Positions 1 to 8,162 of a DNA stretch of 64,000 nucleotides are shown piece after piece. The notes below the pieces were generated by a model. That model had not been told where the DNA came from, searched no databases, and saw nothing but the letters and a program-made list of their open reading frames with translations. A program made the position numbers and the translations under genes. Location of the stretch: positions 1 to 64,000 of the forward strand of contig JAWLHJ010000007.1 in the NCBI GenBank assembly GCA_041690395.1. The letters are read 5' to 3'. The stretch is from Longimicrobiales bacterium. GTDB lineage: Bacteria > Gemmatimonadota > Gemmatimonadetes > Longimicrobiales > Gaopeijiaceae. The stretch's first letter is position 1, and every line of letters starts with the position of its first letter.

Positions 1-214
1 CGAAGTTGCTCGCGTCGATCTGGTCGAGCGGGCTGTAGCGCGTCCCGTAGTCGTCCGCGCCCCACTGCCTCCACTCACCGACCGGCGTGCCGCGCTCCAT
101 AGCCTGCGCCCACACGGACGAGGGCGTGAACGCCCCGATCGCGGCCAGGGTCAGCACGGCGACCGTGCCGAGCCCGAATACGAGGTCACGCCTCGCGTTG
201 ATCGAATCCACCAT
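1..214 (-). CDS. PQQ-dependent dehydrogenase (quinoprotein), N-terminal part; runs off the window edge
   Basis: Manual translation from ATG at 214: MVDSINARRDLVFGLGTVAVLTLAAIGAFTPSSVWAQ...GEWRQWGADDYGTRYSPLDQIDASNF. Signal peptide plus the W..YG.D...TRYSPLDQI start motif shared with the paralog at 37648-39576. Confidence 0.8.
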   Translation of the reverse strand, partial: MVDSINARRDLVFGLGTVAVLTLAAIGAFTPSSVWAQAMERGTPVGEWRQWGADDYGTRYSPLDQIDASNF

Positions 215-389
215 GGTCCAGCCACACTCCTGCAAGAGGAACCGATGTCACGCGAACGAATCCGCGTCGGCGGGCGAGCGGCAACGTAGAGGCCGTGTGT
301 TGCATGTGCAAGCGAACGGGCGGAGCCTTCGAGGGTGCCGCGACGGCCCCGGACTTTCTAGCTTTGTGCCTGCAGCTTCAGCAGCACCT

Positions 390-562
390 GGAGGGGTGGC
401 AGAGCGGTTCAATGCACCGGTCTTGAAAACCGGCGGGCGCAAGCCCTCGTGGGTTCGAGCCGAGCGGCCTGGTGGGTCATTCCGCGCAGCGGGCCAGCTG
501 GTGATCCGCGAGACGAGCGAGGACGCGCTGGTAAGCGCGCCCGGAGCTCCATCCCACCTCCG
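390..562 (+). pseudogene. tRNA-Ser(TGA)-derived copy interrupted in the T-loop by a 92-nt insert; 3' acceptor strand lacks 3 nt
   Basis: 390-458 matches the tRNA at 602-670 except in the variable arm. The insert spans 459-550, then ATCCCAC-CTCCG resumes (the intact gene has ATCCCAC-CCCCTCCG). Confidence 0.8.
459..550. repeat. 92-nt structured element, copy 1 (in tRNA T-loop)
   Basis: Aligns with 780-871: shared blocks gccgagcggcc, ccgcgcagcgggcc, cgcgagNcgagcgaggacg, gcgcgcccggaRctcc. Confidence 0.85.
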
Positions 563-601
563 GCAGCGTGGACGAAGTAGGATGGTAGATTAGCATCCCC
601 T

Positions 602-685
602 GGAGGGGTGGCAGAGCGGTTCAATGCACCGGTCTTGAAAACCGGCGGACTTCGGTCCTCGTGGGTTCGAATCCCACCCCCTCCG
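602..685 (+). tRNA. tRNA-Ser(TGA), intact, CCA not encoded
   Basis: Acceptor GGAGGGG/CCCCTCC, anticodon arm ccggt-ctTGAaa-accgg, long variable arm ggac-ttcg-gtcc, T arm gtggg-ttcgaat-cccac, discriminator G. Confidence 0.97.
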
Positions 686-779
686 CTTACAAGCCGAGTG
701 GCCATCGGAGACCTTCACGCGTCATCCGACCGATCCGTCGAACCCACGCGCGCTTTCGGAGCGCGCCTTATGGGTTCGA

Positions 780-871
780 GCCGAGCGGCCCGGCAGTTGG
801 TCCCGCGCAGCGGGCCGAGCGGGCAGCCCGCGAGCCGAGCGAGGACGTGCCGTAGGCGCGCCCGGAACTCC
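780..871. repeat. 92-nt structured element, copy 2, inside a tRNA-Ser T-arm remnant (771-883)
   Basis: Flanked by TGGGTTCGA (771-779) and ATCCCACCCCCG (872-883); same length and junctions as copy 1. Confidence 0.85.
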
Positions 872-1289
872 ATCCCACCCCCGCGTTGTCAGTATCCAGG
901 CGTTCGGCGACCCCGCCGGTTGTTCCGGTCCTCCGTAGAACCCGCTGCGATCTCTCAAGGAGAGCGCTAGAATGCGCTCGCTGCCTCCGAGAGGCGCGGG
1001 CGCCGGGACAGAGTCCTGCTGGCGTCAACCTGACAACGGGGCCCCTGCGGATAGTGACTTGGCGACTTGACCGCCCTAGTCGGCGGAAAAGTGACTCGCC
1101 AGGGAAGGCCGCGCGCGCGCCTGAGCGATTCGACGCCGCATACGGCGGAAAAGCCGACATGGCCCCGAACGCCGCGCACGAATGCAGGGTTCTCGCCGAG
1201 GTGGCGGGGCGAGGCCGGCGCGGTGATCCGACTCCATGCTGTGGACGGGGCGCCGGCAGGGTCGGTAACGTGGCATCGCCAACGGGGCC

Positions 1290-2297
1290 TCACCGCCACG
1301 CCCCCACGATATCCTCCGCGATCCGCCCCAGCGTGGCCTCCAGCTCGAAGAAATCCCCCGTGTTCTGGTTGGTGAACACCGAGACGATGGTCGGCCCGCC
1401 ATCGTAGAAGAGGATCCCGACGTCGTTGCCGGCGATCGGGGGCCAGTCGCCCGTCTTGTGCGCGACGCCCACGCCCTGCCATCGGACCCGCTGCGGAAGC
1501 CGGCTGGTGTAGAGCTGATCGCCCAGGATGTCGATCATCCGGCCCGTCGACGCCTCCCCGGCCAGCTCCCCCTCCAGGAGTTGCTCGAGCAGTCGGCCCA
1601 TCTCCCGCGCCGTGGTGCGGCCCAGCCAGGCCGTGGAGTCGCCCTCGAGCTCGAACGACCGGGCCGCGGATCCCTCGTCGGAAGGGAATCCCGCCTCGAA
1701 CACCTCGCGGTCCGTCATCGAGGCGAACGCCGGGTCGGCCCGAACCCACACCTCCCTGAAGAGATCGCCCGTGGTCATCCTGAGCCGGGTCTGCGCGTAG
1801 CCTTCCGCCGCGAGCAGCTCGTTCACCCGCTCGAGGCCGACCGCCTCGATCACCATGTCGGTCGCCGTGTTGTCCGAAGTGATGATCATCTGGGTGACGA
1901 GGTCGCCGAGCGTCGGCGTGAGTCCGGGAGCGAATCCCTGGAGGAGCCCGCTTCCGCGCCGCATGTCGTCGACACCGACCATGTACCGCTCCGACATGTC
2001 CAGGCGCCCGGCTTCCGCGTCCCGGAACGCCTGAGCCATGATCGGGATCTTGATGACGCTGAGCGTGTTCATCGGCCGGTCCGCGCGGATGGCGATCTCG
2101 CGGCCGGTGGGCAGGTGTTTGGCGTACACCGAGCTGATCGCGTCGAGCTCGTCGAGGCGAGCCGCGACACGGTCGGCCAGCGTGGGTACCTCGGCCGCGG
2201 AACGCTCGGGCGGCTCCGAGCAGGCGGCTAGGCCGAGGACGACAAGAGCCAGCACGGCCGTCGGGGAGGGCCTCGTCGGGAGGCGCAGGGTGGCCAC
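1290..2297 (-). CDS. serine hydrolase, class A beta-lactamase-like lipoprotein
   Basis: Lipobox LAAC; SxxK (SVIK), SDN and HKTG motifs. Confidence 0.9.
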   Translation of the reverse strand: MATLRLPTRPSPTAVLALVVLGLAACSEPPERSAAEVPTLADRVAARLDELDAISSVYAKHLPTGREIAIRADRPMNTLSVIKIPIMAQAFRDAEAGRLDMSERYMVGVDDMRRGSGLLQGFAPGLTPTLGDLVTQMIITSDNTATDMVIEAVGLERVNELLAAEGYAQTRLRMTTGDLFREVWVRADPAFASMTDREVFEAGFPSDEGSAARSFELEGDSTAWLGRTTAREMGRLLEQLLEGELAGEASTGRMIDILGDQLYTSRLPQRVRWQGVGVAHKTGDWPPIAGNDVGILFYDGGPTIVSVFTNQNTGDFFELEATLGRIAEDIVGAWR

Positions 2298-2307
2298 GGC
2301 CGGGGGC

Positions 2308-2517
2308 TCAGCCTTCGTACTTGAACGACACCTTCACCTTCGCGCGGTAGGCCTTGATCTTGCCGTCCTCGAGCTGCAGGTCGAGCTCGGAGACCTCGGC
2401 GATCCGTAGGTCCCGGAGGGACTGCGACGCGCGGGTCACCGCGGCCGTGGCGGCCTTCTCCCAGCTCTCCGTGGACGTTCCGACGAGTTCGATGACCTTG
2501 TAGACGCTCTCAGCCAT
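2308..2517 (-). CDS. dodecin family protein
   Basis: 69 aa, VYKVIELVGTS..SWE.A...A..RA..SLRDLR...Y..KVKVSF pattern. Confidence 0.9.
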   Translation of the reverse strand: MAESVYKVIELVGTSTESWEKAATAAVTRASQSLRDLRIAEVSELDLQLEDGKIKAYRAKVKVSFKYEG

Positions 2518-2607
2518 GGTGTCTCTCCTGCAAATGGAGTGATCAGAACCCTGACTATGGCGGTCGGGACGTCGCGTCGCCAGCGTCGGTCGTGCCGCGA
2601 GGACTCC

Positions 2608-3264
2608 CTATCGCACCTCCGCCGCCTTGGCCAGATCCTCGTCGTTCCCCGCCATCAGCAGTGTGTCCGATTCCTTGAGCGGGGCATCCGCATCGGGCAC
2701 CGAGAGGATCCGGTCGTTGAGCATGTCGTGCACGGCGACGACGGAGATCCCACGCTTGCGCGGCAGCTCGAGTTGCCGCAACGACTGCCCGACCCAGCTC
2801 TCGGGGACCGCCATCTCCTGGAGGCTGAAGTTCTCGCCGAGCGCCACGTAGTTCAGCAGAGATCGACTGGATATCCGCTTGCCCAGGCGAACTCCGGACT
2901 CCCGTTCAGGAAAGATCGTCTCGGTCACCCCGATCTTCTCGATCAGCCTGCTGTGGTCGTCCGAGATGACCTTCACGTAGATCTCCGGAACGCCGAGCTC
3001 CCTGAGCAGCAGCGCGCTCATCGCGCTGGCGGTGATGTTGTCGCCCGTGCTGATGACGGCGGCGTCGGCGTCTTCCGCTCCGATCTGCTGGAGGGTCCGG
3101 GTATCCGTGCCGTCCCCCACGGCGGCTCGCGCGACGGCCCGGGCCATCCGGTCCACACGGTCCTCGTCCCGGTCCATGGCGATCACGTCGTGCCCGATGG
3201 AGTGGAGGGTCCTGGCCACCGTCGATCCGAAGTTGCCGAGGCCGATGACGATGAATCGCTTCAT
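2608..3264 (-). CDS. ktrA: Ktr/Trk potassium uptake regulatory (RCK) subunit
   Basis: N-terminal GLGNFG Rossmann motif, PERESG, TrkA-C domain; adjacent to the ktrB-like gene. Confidence 0.9.
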   Translation of the reverse strand: MKRFIVIGLGNFGSTVARTLHSIGHDVIAMDRDEDRVDRMARAVARAAVGDGTDTRTLQQIGAEDADAAVISTGDNITASAMSALLLRELGVPEIYVKVISDDHSRLIEKIGVTETIFPERESGVRLGKRISSRSLLNYVALGENFSLQEMAVPESWVGQSLRQLELPRKRGISVVAVHDMLNDRILSVPDADAPLKESDTLLMAGNDEDLAKAAEVR

Positions 3265-3277
3265 GAGGGTATCCCGG

Positions 3278-4684
3278 TCATCCGATGATCACGTCTTCAT
3301 AGGCGTAGCGGACTTCGCTCCGGCGAGATCTTCGACGGAGGGCGATGGCCGCTGCGAAGGTGAGTGGGCCCACGCGGCCGACGTACATGAGAACGATGAT
3401 GAGCGCCTTGCCCCATCCCGATAGACTTCCCGTCGCGCCCATCGAGAGCCCCACGGTGTTGAATGCGCTCACCGCCTCGAACATGTGCTCGAGAAAGCCG
3501 CCGGGGTTGGGTGCGCCTGGCACGGATCCGACGATCGTGAACAGGAGGATCCCCAGGGTCACGACGGCGAAGCCCACCACGAAAAGCCCCGTCGCGCGCT
3601 GAACGGTCTCTTCAGGAAGCGAGCGCGCCTGGAATGTGGCGACCGTATGCCCGGTGAGGCGTGCCACAGCCAGGAGCAGGAGGACGGCCAGCGTCGTCGT
3701 CTTCATGCCGCCGGCCGTCGATCCCGGAGATCCTCCCACGGACATCAGCACGATGGTGACGAAGTTGGTCCCTTCGGATACCGAGGCGTGGTCGACGGTG
3801 TTGAAGCCCGCGGTTCGGGACGTGACGCTCATGAAGAGGCTGTTCACGAATCGATCCGCGGTCGCGAGGTGCCCCAACCCACCGCTCCACTCGAGCAGCG
3901 CGAAGACCAGCCACCCTCCCACCAGCAGCGCGGCGGTCGTCCACAGCACGAGACGCGAGTGGAGGGACAGGCGCTGACGCGCCCGCGTGGTGCGCCGCCG
4001 CCACTGGACGTGGACTTCCTCCAGGGTCAGGAAGCCGAGCCCGCCCAGCACGATGAGTCCCATGATCACGCCGAGCACCCCGGTGGAGCCCTGGAAGCCC
4101 ATCAGGGAGTCGCTGAACGTCGAGAAGCCCGCGTTGCAGAACGCGCTGATCGCCTGGAACACCGCGTGCCAGGCGGCCTCCGTCGGTGTGAACGTGGGCA
4201 GCCAGAGGACGAAGAGCAGGAGGGCTCCCACCGCCTCGAAGGCCAGGGTGAACCGTACGATGTTCCTTACCAGATTCTTGAAGTCCACGTCGGGGACGAT
4301 CTGCGCCGTATTGGCCGTGAGGGCCTCGTGGTGCAGCGAGAGGCGCCGACCCAGGGCGAGAATCACCAGCGTGGTGAACGTCAGCATGCCCAGGCCGCCC
4401 AACTGGATGAGCAGCAGGATGAATGCTTGGCCGAGAGGCGTGAAGTACGTCGCCGTGTCCACCACGATCAGGCCGGTCACACAAGCCGCGCTCGTCGCGG
4501 TGAACAGAGCGTCCATCCAGGAGAGACCGGGGCCGACATAAAGGCCCGGTATGGTCTTCAGCCCGATGGTTCCGAAGGCGATGAGAATGAGAAACGAGAG
4601 GACCAGCAGGCGCGGCGGCGTGAGCCTGCTGCGGAGCGTCGCAAGAAGCCGTTCGTTCGCCAGCGCGGGTAGCTTCACCGGCAC
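3278..4684 (-). CDS. ktrB: Ktr/TrkH potassium uptake membrane subunit
   Basis: Four pore loops: SAACVTGL, SAFCNAGF, RTAGF, SAFNTVGLS; GGSPGSTAGGMK. Confidence 0.93.
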   Translation of the reverse strand: MPVKLPALANERLLATLRSRLTPPRLLVLSFLILIAFGTIGLKTIPGLYVGPGLSWMDALFTATSAACVTGLIVVDTATYFTPLGQAFILLLIQLGGLGMLTFTTLVILALGRRLSLHHEALTANTAQIVPDVDFKNLVRNIVRFTLAFEAVGALLLFVLWLPTFTPTEAAWHAVFQAISAFCNAGFSTFSDSLMGFQGSTGVLGVIMGLIVLGGLGFLTLEEVHVQWRRRTTRARQRLSLHSRLVLWTTAALLVGGWLVFALLEWSGGLGHLATADRFVNSLFMSVTSRTAGFNTVDHASVSEGTNFVTIVLMSVGGSPGSTAGGMKTTTLAVLLLLAVARLTGHTVATFQARSLPEETVQRATGLFVVGFAVVTLGILLFTIVGSVPGAPNPGGFLEHMFEAVSAFNTVGLSMGATGSLSGWGKALIIVLMYVGRVGPLTFAAAIALRRRSRRSEVRYAYEDVIIG

Positions 4685-5145
4685 TCGTCCGCCTGCGGGG
4701 CGTCCGGGCGGTCGATCCAGAGGAGGCTGGCGCGGCAGAGCAGACGGGGAAGGGAGTCGTCTTCCACTCGGACGCGGGCGTCCGGAGTGACGAGCGTCCA
4801 GGTTCCGGTGTCCGACGCGGACAAGCGAGCGCCGTGGCCGGCGAAGATCCCCGCCCGCTCGGCCGCCCGAAAGGCGAGCCCGGTATCGGCGGAATAGCCG
4901 GGTAGCCTACGGTATGGCTGGGGCGCCAGCGGTGCACCGGGGTCTGCCGGCACGTAGTGATGGGCGAGCATGTCTCCCGGGTGCCCGACGAAGCGCCCGC
5001 CCTCGTACAGAGGGGTGTGCCCCAGTCCAGCCGGGTGCCACTCGACCCACGTGTATTCTTCGATGCGTAGCGCTATCTCCAGATCGAGGTGGAGCTCCGC
5101 ATCCGACCTCTGGGCCGCGTTCCGGGATTCGTCTTTCGCGTTCAT
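4675..5145 (-). CDS. hypothetical protein, resembles phage ABA-sandwich / BC1872-like family
   Basis: LD.EIA at the N-terminus, LPGYSADTGLAF and C-terminal SLPRLLCRASL recall that family. Start placed at ATG 5145; overlaps the ktrB start. Confidence 0.55.
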   Translation of the reverse strand: MNAKDESRNAAQRSDAELHLDLEIALRIEEYTWVEWHPAGLGHTPLYEGGRFVGHPGDMLAHHYVPADPGAPLAPQPYRRLPGYSADTGLAFRAAERAGIFAGHGARLSASDTGTWTLVTPDARVRVEDDSLPRLLCRASLLWIDRPDAPQADECR

Positions 5146-5169
5146 CACGACGAAGCATGACGACAACCC

Positions 5170-5220
5170 CGTTAAGGACGTACGAAGATCGGGCGGGAAG
5201 GCGTTAAGAAGTCATCAAGA
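5170..5220 (-). promoter_or_regulatory. tandem direct repeats, putative KdpE binding sites
   Basis: cgttaagg (5170), tacgaaga (5181), cgttaaga (5202), catcaaga (5213); 11-bp phased pairs upstream of the ktr operon. Confidence 0.6.
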
Positions 5221-5241
5221 CTTCTGCCACGGGCCGTCGAG

Positions 5242-6816
5242 TCAGGGCAGATCGTACAGATCTTCCGCCGGGAGTCGCAGCTCGAACACGCTCCCGCCGC
5301 CCGGTCTCGGGTGGTAGGTGACGGACCCTCCCTGGGCTTCGGCGACCTCCCGCGCGATCGCGAGCCCGAGTCCGGTGCCGGCGTGGTCGGTCGTCGATGC
5401 ACGCTGAAACGGCTCGAAGATGCGGTCACGCGCCGCTGGCGGCACGCCGGGGCCCCGATCGAGGACGGCGAAGCACAGAGTATCTCCCTCCCGGGACACG
5501 CGGACCTCGACCCTGCCGTCGTCGTCGGACGAATGATGGAGCGCGTTCTCGACGAGGTTCCCGAGCGCACGGAGCGCGTGCACGAAGTCGAACCGCCCGA
5601 TGAGCAGGTCGCCGGGCGGAAGCGTGACATCCACGCGGTCGTGCCCTCCGACGCCTCGTAGACGTTGGAGCATCGATCCGACCAGGTCTTCCGCGGCATT
5701 GAGGCCGGTCTCCATGGGCAGCGATCCGCTGCGGATGCGGGAGAAGTCGAGCAGGTCGGTCACCAGCCGATTCAGGTGCTCGGCTTCCTCTTCGATCACG
5801 ACGAGACGCTCGTCTCCGGTGGCGCGGAGCTCGTTAGCCAAGGCCCGGATCGTCGTAAGCGGCGTACGCAGATCGTGGGAGACGCTGGCGAGCAGGGCGT
5901 CCTTGACCCGATCCGCTTCTCGGAGCGCCTCCACGTGCTCGACCTCCTCGCTGAGCCTCACGCGCTCGACGGCGAGGGCGGCGTAGTAGCTCAGCGTATC
6001 CGCAAAAACTGCCTGGTCGCGGTCGAAATGAAGGCCCCGCTCGCTCGTCAGGTCCAGCACACCCAAGCTGCGTTCGCGCACTCGGAGAGGGATCAGGACC
6101 GAGCGTGCCAAGGGGTTGGCGCTCAGAACGGCCGGGACGTCGGACCCCGGCACGGATGGACGGACGACACCATCCGGTCCGAGGACCACCGGGTGGCCTT
6201 TCTCGATCTCGGACCGCGCATCCCCGGGGAAGAGCTCCCTCGCAGAGGGCTTTGGTGCCGAGGCCAGTAGCCGAGGCGCACTGCCGTCATCATCGAAGAT
6301 CCAGACCCGCGCCAGCGCGACCGGCAGCTCCGAGTGGACCACGCGCACGATGGCGTCGACGGCGTCGACCGCTCGAGGTACGGACAGGCTTTCTGCGCCG
6401 AGCGCCGACAACCTGCGGACCTCCGCCGTCCGGTCCTCGGCCACGGCCAGGGCACGCCGCGTTCGGTGGAACAGCTGAGCCGCAACGGCGCCCGTCACGA
6501 GGAAGGAGACCAACACCCACCAGTCGAGTGGATCCTCGACCGTCAGCGTGTAGTAGGGCTCGAGGAGGAAGAAGTTGAAGCACAGGAACGATGCGACGGC
6601 GAGCCCCAGCCCTACCAGCCGCCCGTGGCGCGCGCTTCCACCGAGGACGATGAGCAGGTAGGCGAGGGCCATGTGCGCCTCGTGGGCCTCGCCACGGAAC
6701 AGCCACAGGGCGAGCGTGCACGCCATGAGCACGACCAGCCAAGCGCCGAGCGCCAGCCAGGGGGCGGGCGTGTCCGGAGGGCGGGCGTCAGCCCGGGAGC
6801 TCGAATCGATATCCAA
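5242..6816 (-). CDS. kdpD: KdpD-like sensor histidine kinase (4TM DUF4118 + GAF + HisKA/HATPase), lacking the N-terminal KdpD/Usp domains
   Basis: FNFFLLEPYYTLTV membrane motif, SHDLRTPLT, NLVENA, DRGPG, GTGLGLAI. Confidence 0.85.
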   Translation of the reverse strand: MDIDSSSRADARPPDTPAPWLALGAWLVVLMACTLALWLFRGEAHEAHMALAYLLIVLGGSARHGRLVGLGLAVASFLCFNFFLLEPYYTLTVEDPLDWWVLVSFLVTGAVAAQLFHRTRRALAVAEDRTAEVRRLSALGAESLSVPRAVDAVDAIVRVVHSELPVALARVWIFDDDGSAPRLLASAPKPSARELFPGDARSEIEKGHPVVLGPDGVVRPSVPGSDVPAVLSANPLARSVLIPLRVRERSLGVLDLTSERGLHFDRDQAVFADTLSYYAALAVERVRLSEEVEHVEALREADRVKDALLASVSHDLRTPLTTIRALANELRATGDERLVVIEEEAEHLNRLVTDLLDFSRIRSGSLPMETGLNAAEDLVGSMLQRLRGVGGHDRVDVTLPPGDLLIGRFDFVHALRALGNLVENALHHSSDDDGRVEVRVSREGDTLCFAVLDRGPGVPPAARDRIFEPFQRASTTDHAGTGLGLAIAREVAEAQGGSVTYHPRPGGGSVFELRLPAEDLYDLP

Positions 6817-7486
6817 CGCCGGGTTCCGTGATGATCAGCGTGGGCCTGACCGCGTCGGGCTCGAGCTTTCGCCGGAGATTCGCGACGTAGACGCGGAGGT
6901 ACTGCTGAGGGTCTCCCGAGGAGGCCGCCCAGACGGCGCGGAAGAGCTGATGATGGGTCAGGGTGCGGTCGGCGTCGCGCAGGAAGGCGCGGAGGAGCTC
7001 CCATTCCGTGGGTGTCAGATGCACGTTCGCGTCCCCGCGCTTGACCGTGCGTGCCCCCGGGTCGATCACGAGGTCGCCGATTCGGATCGGGCCGTCGTCG
7101 CGCGGCATCTGCGCCATGCGGGCCCGTCGAAGCTGAGCGCGAGCCCGGGCGAGAAGCTCGACCGGGCTGAACGGCTTCGTCACGTAGTCGTCCGCTCCCT
7201 CCTCCAGCAGCCGGACCTTCTCCGACTCGGAGTGCTGGGCGGTCAGCACGATGATCGGGGCGATGGACCATTTGCGGATCTCCGCGCACACCCAGAGCCC
7301 GGGACGGTCCGGCAGCCCCAGGTCGAGAACGATCAGATCCGGCCGACGTGCCGCGGCGAGATCCACGGCGTCGCTGGCCGTGCCGGTCTCCAGTACCTCG
7401 TCGAAATCCTCTAGCAGCGCGTTGCGCACGGCCCTGCGGATGTGCGCTTCGTCGTCGACGACCAGCGCGAGGGTCGGAGCGGTCAC
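6788..7486 (-). CDS. kdpE: KdpE-like OmpR-family response regulator
   Basis: Receiver domain DLIVLDLGLPD; wHTH tail YLRVYVANLRRKLE...TEPGVGYR. Confidence 0.9.
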   Translation of the reverse strand: MTAPTLALVVDDEAHIRRAVRNALLEDFDEVLETGTASDAVDLAAARRPDLIVLDLGLPDRPGLWVCAEIRKWSIAPIIVLTAQHSESEKVRLLEEGADDYVTKPFSPVELLARARAQLRRARMAQMPRDDGPIRIGDLVIDPGARTVKRGDANVHLTPTEWELLRAFLRDADRTLTHHQLFRAVWAASSGDPQQYLRVYVANLRRKLEPDAVRPTLIITEPGVGYRFELPG

Positions 7487-7589
7487 GGTCGGTTGGGTCG
7501 CAGGGGGAGCGGTGCGGCGAATCGGAAGCTACGCTCCCGCCGTAGTAGGTGACAGATCATTCTGGCTCAACTCGAACCATGGGAATTGC

Positions 7590-8162
7590 ATGCGAACACA
7601 GTATTACGGCGCGTCCAGCCTCGACGGCTTCATCGCCGACGAGAACCACTCCCTCGATTGGCTGACGCATGGCGACGCGACCGTTCCGCCGCCCGAGAGC
7701 AGCTACATGGACTTCATCCGGGACGTCGGTGCGCTTGCCATGGGATCGAACACCTACGAGTGGGTCGTCGAGCACCTGGCGGAAGGCGTGGACGGGGGGA
7801 AGGGGGCGGGCGCTTGGCCCTACGAGCAGCCGTGCTGGGTTTTCTCGAGCCGGGCGCTGAAGCCGTTGCCGGGCGCGGATCTCCGCTTCGTGGAGGGCGA
7901 CGTCAGACCGGTCCACCGGGACATGGTGGAGGCGGCGGCCGGCCGGAACGTCTGGATCGTGGGCGGAGGGGAGCTTGCCGGGCAGTTCCACGACCACGGG
8001 CTACTCGACGAGCTGATCATCCAGATCGCACCCGCGACGCTGGGACGGGGTGCCCCGCTGCTGCCACGCCGCATCGCCTTTCCCCACCTCACGCTGACGT
8101 CGGTGCAACGGTACGGGACGATGGTGGAGCTGCGCTACGACGTGCCGAGAGACCGCGCCTAG
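7590..8162 (+). CDS. dihydrofolate reductase / RibD C-terminal family protein
   Basis: ASSLDGFIAD, MGSNTYE, VWIVGGGEL, LGRGAPL; start moved to ATG 7590. Confidence 0.88.
   Translation: MRTQYYGASSLDGFIADENHSLDWLTHGDATVPPPESSYMDFIRDVGALAMGSNTYEWVVEHLAEGVDGGKGAGAWPYEQPCWVFSSRALKPLPGADLRFVEGDVRPVHRDMVEAAAGRNVWIVGGGELAGQFHDHGLLDELIIQIAPATLGRGAPLLPRRIAFPHLTLTSVQRYGTMVELRYDVPRDRA

Noticed and set aside
390..885. attL/attR of an integrated element, or a spliceable tRNA intron
   Set aside because: No integrase or cargo lies between the copies and no matching tRNA 3' end was noticed elsewhere in the window. Removing insert 1 still leaves a defective acceptor stem, so a functional intron-containing tRNA is not supported.
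87..1407. ORFs over the tRNA region
   Set aside because: They overlap tRNA and repeat sequence and lack protein-like features.
1290..2297. Bona fide antibiotic-resistance beta-lactamase (also 41325-42761)
   Set aside because: Only the generic serine-hydrolase motifs are visible; substrate specificity cannot be inferred.
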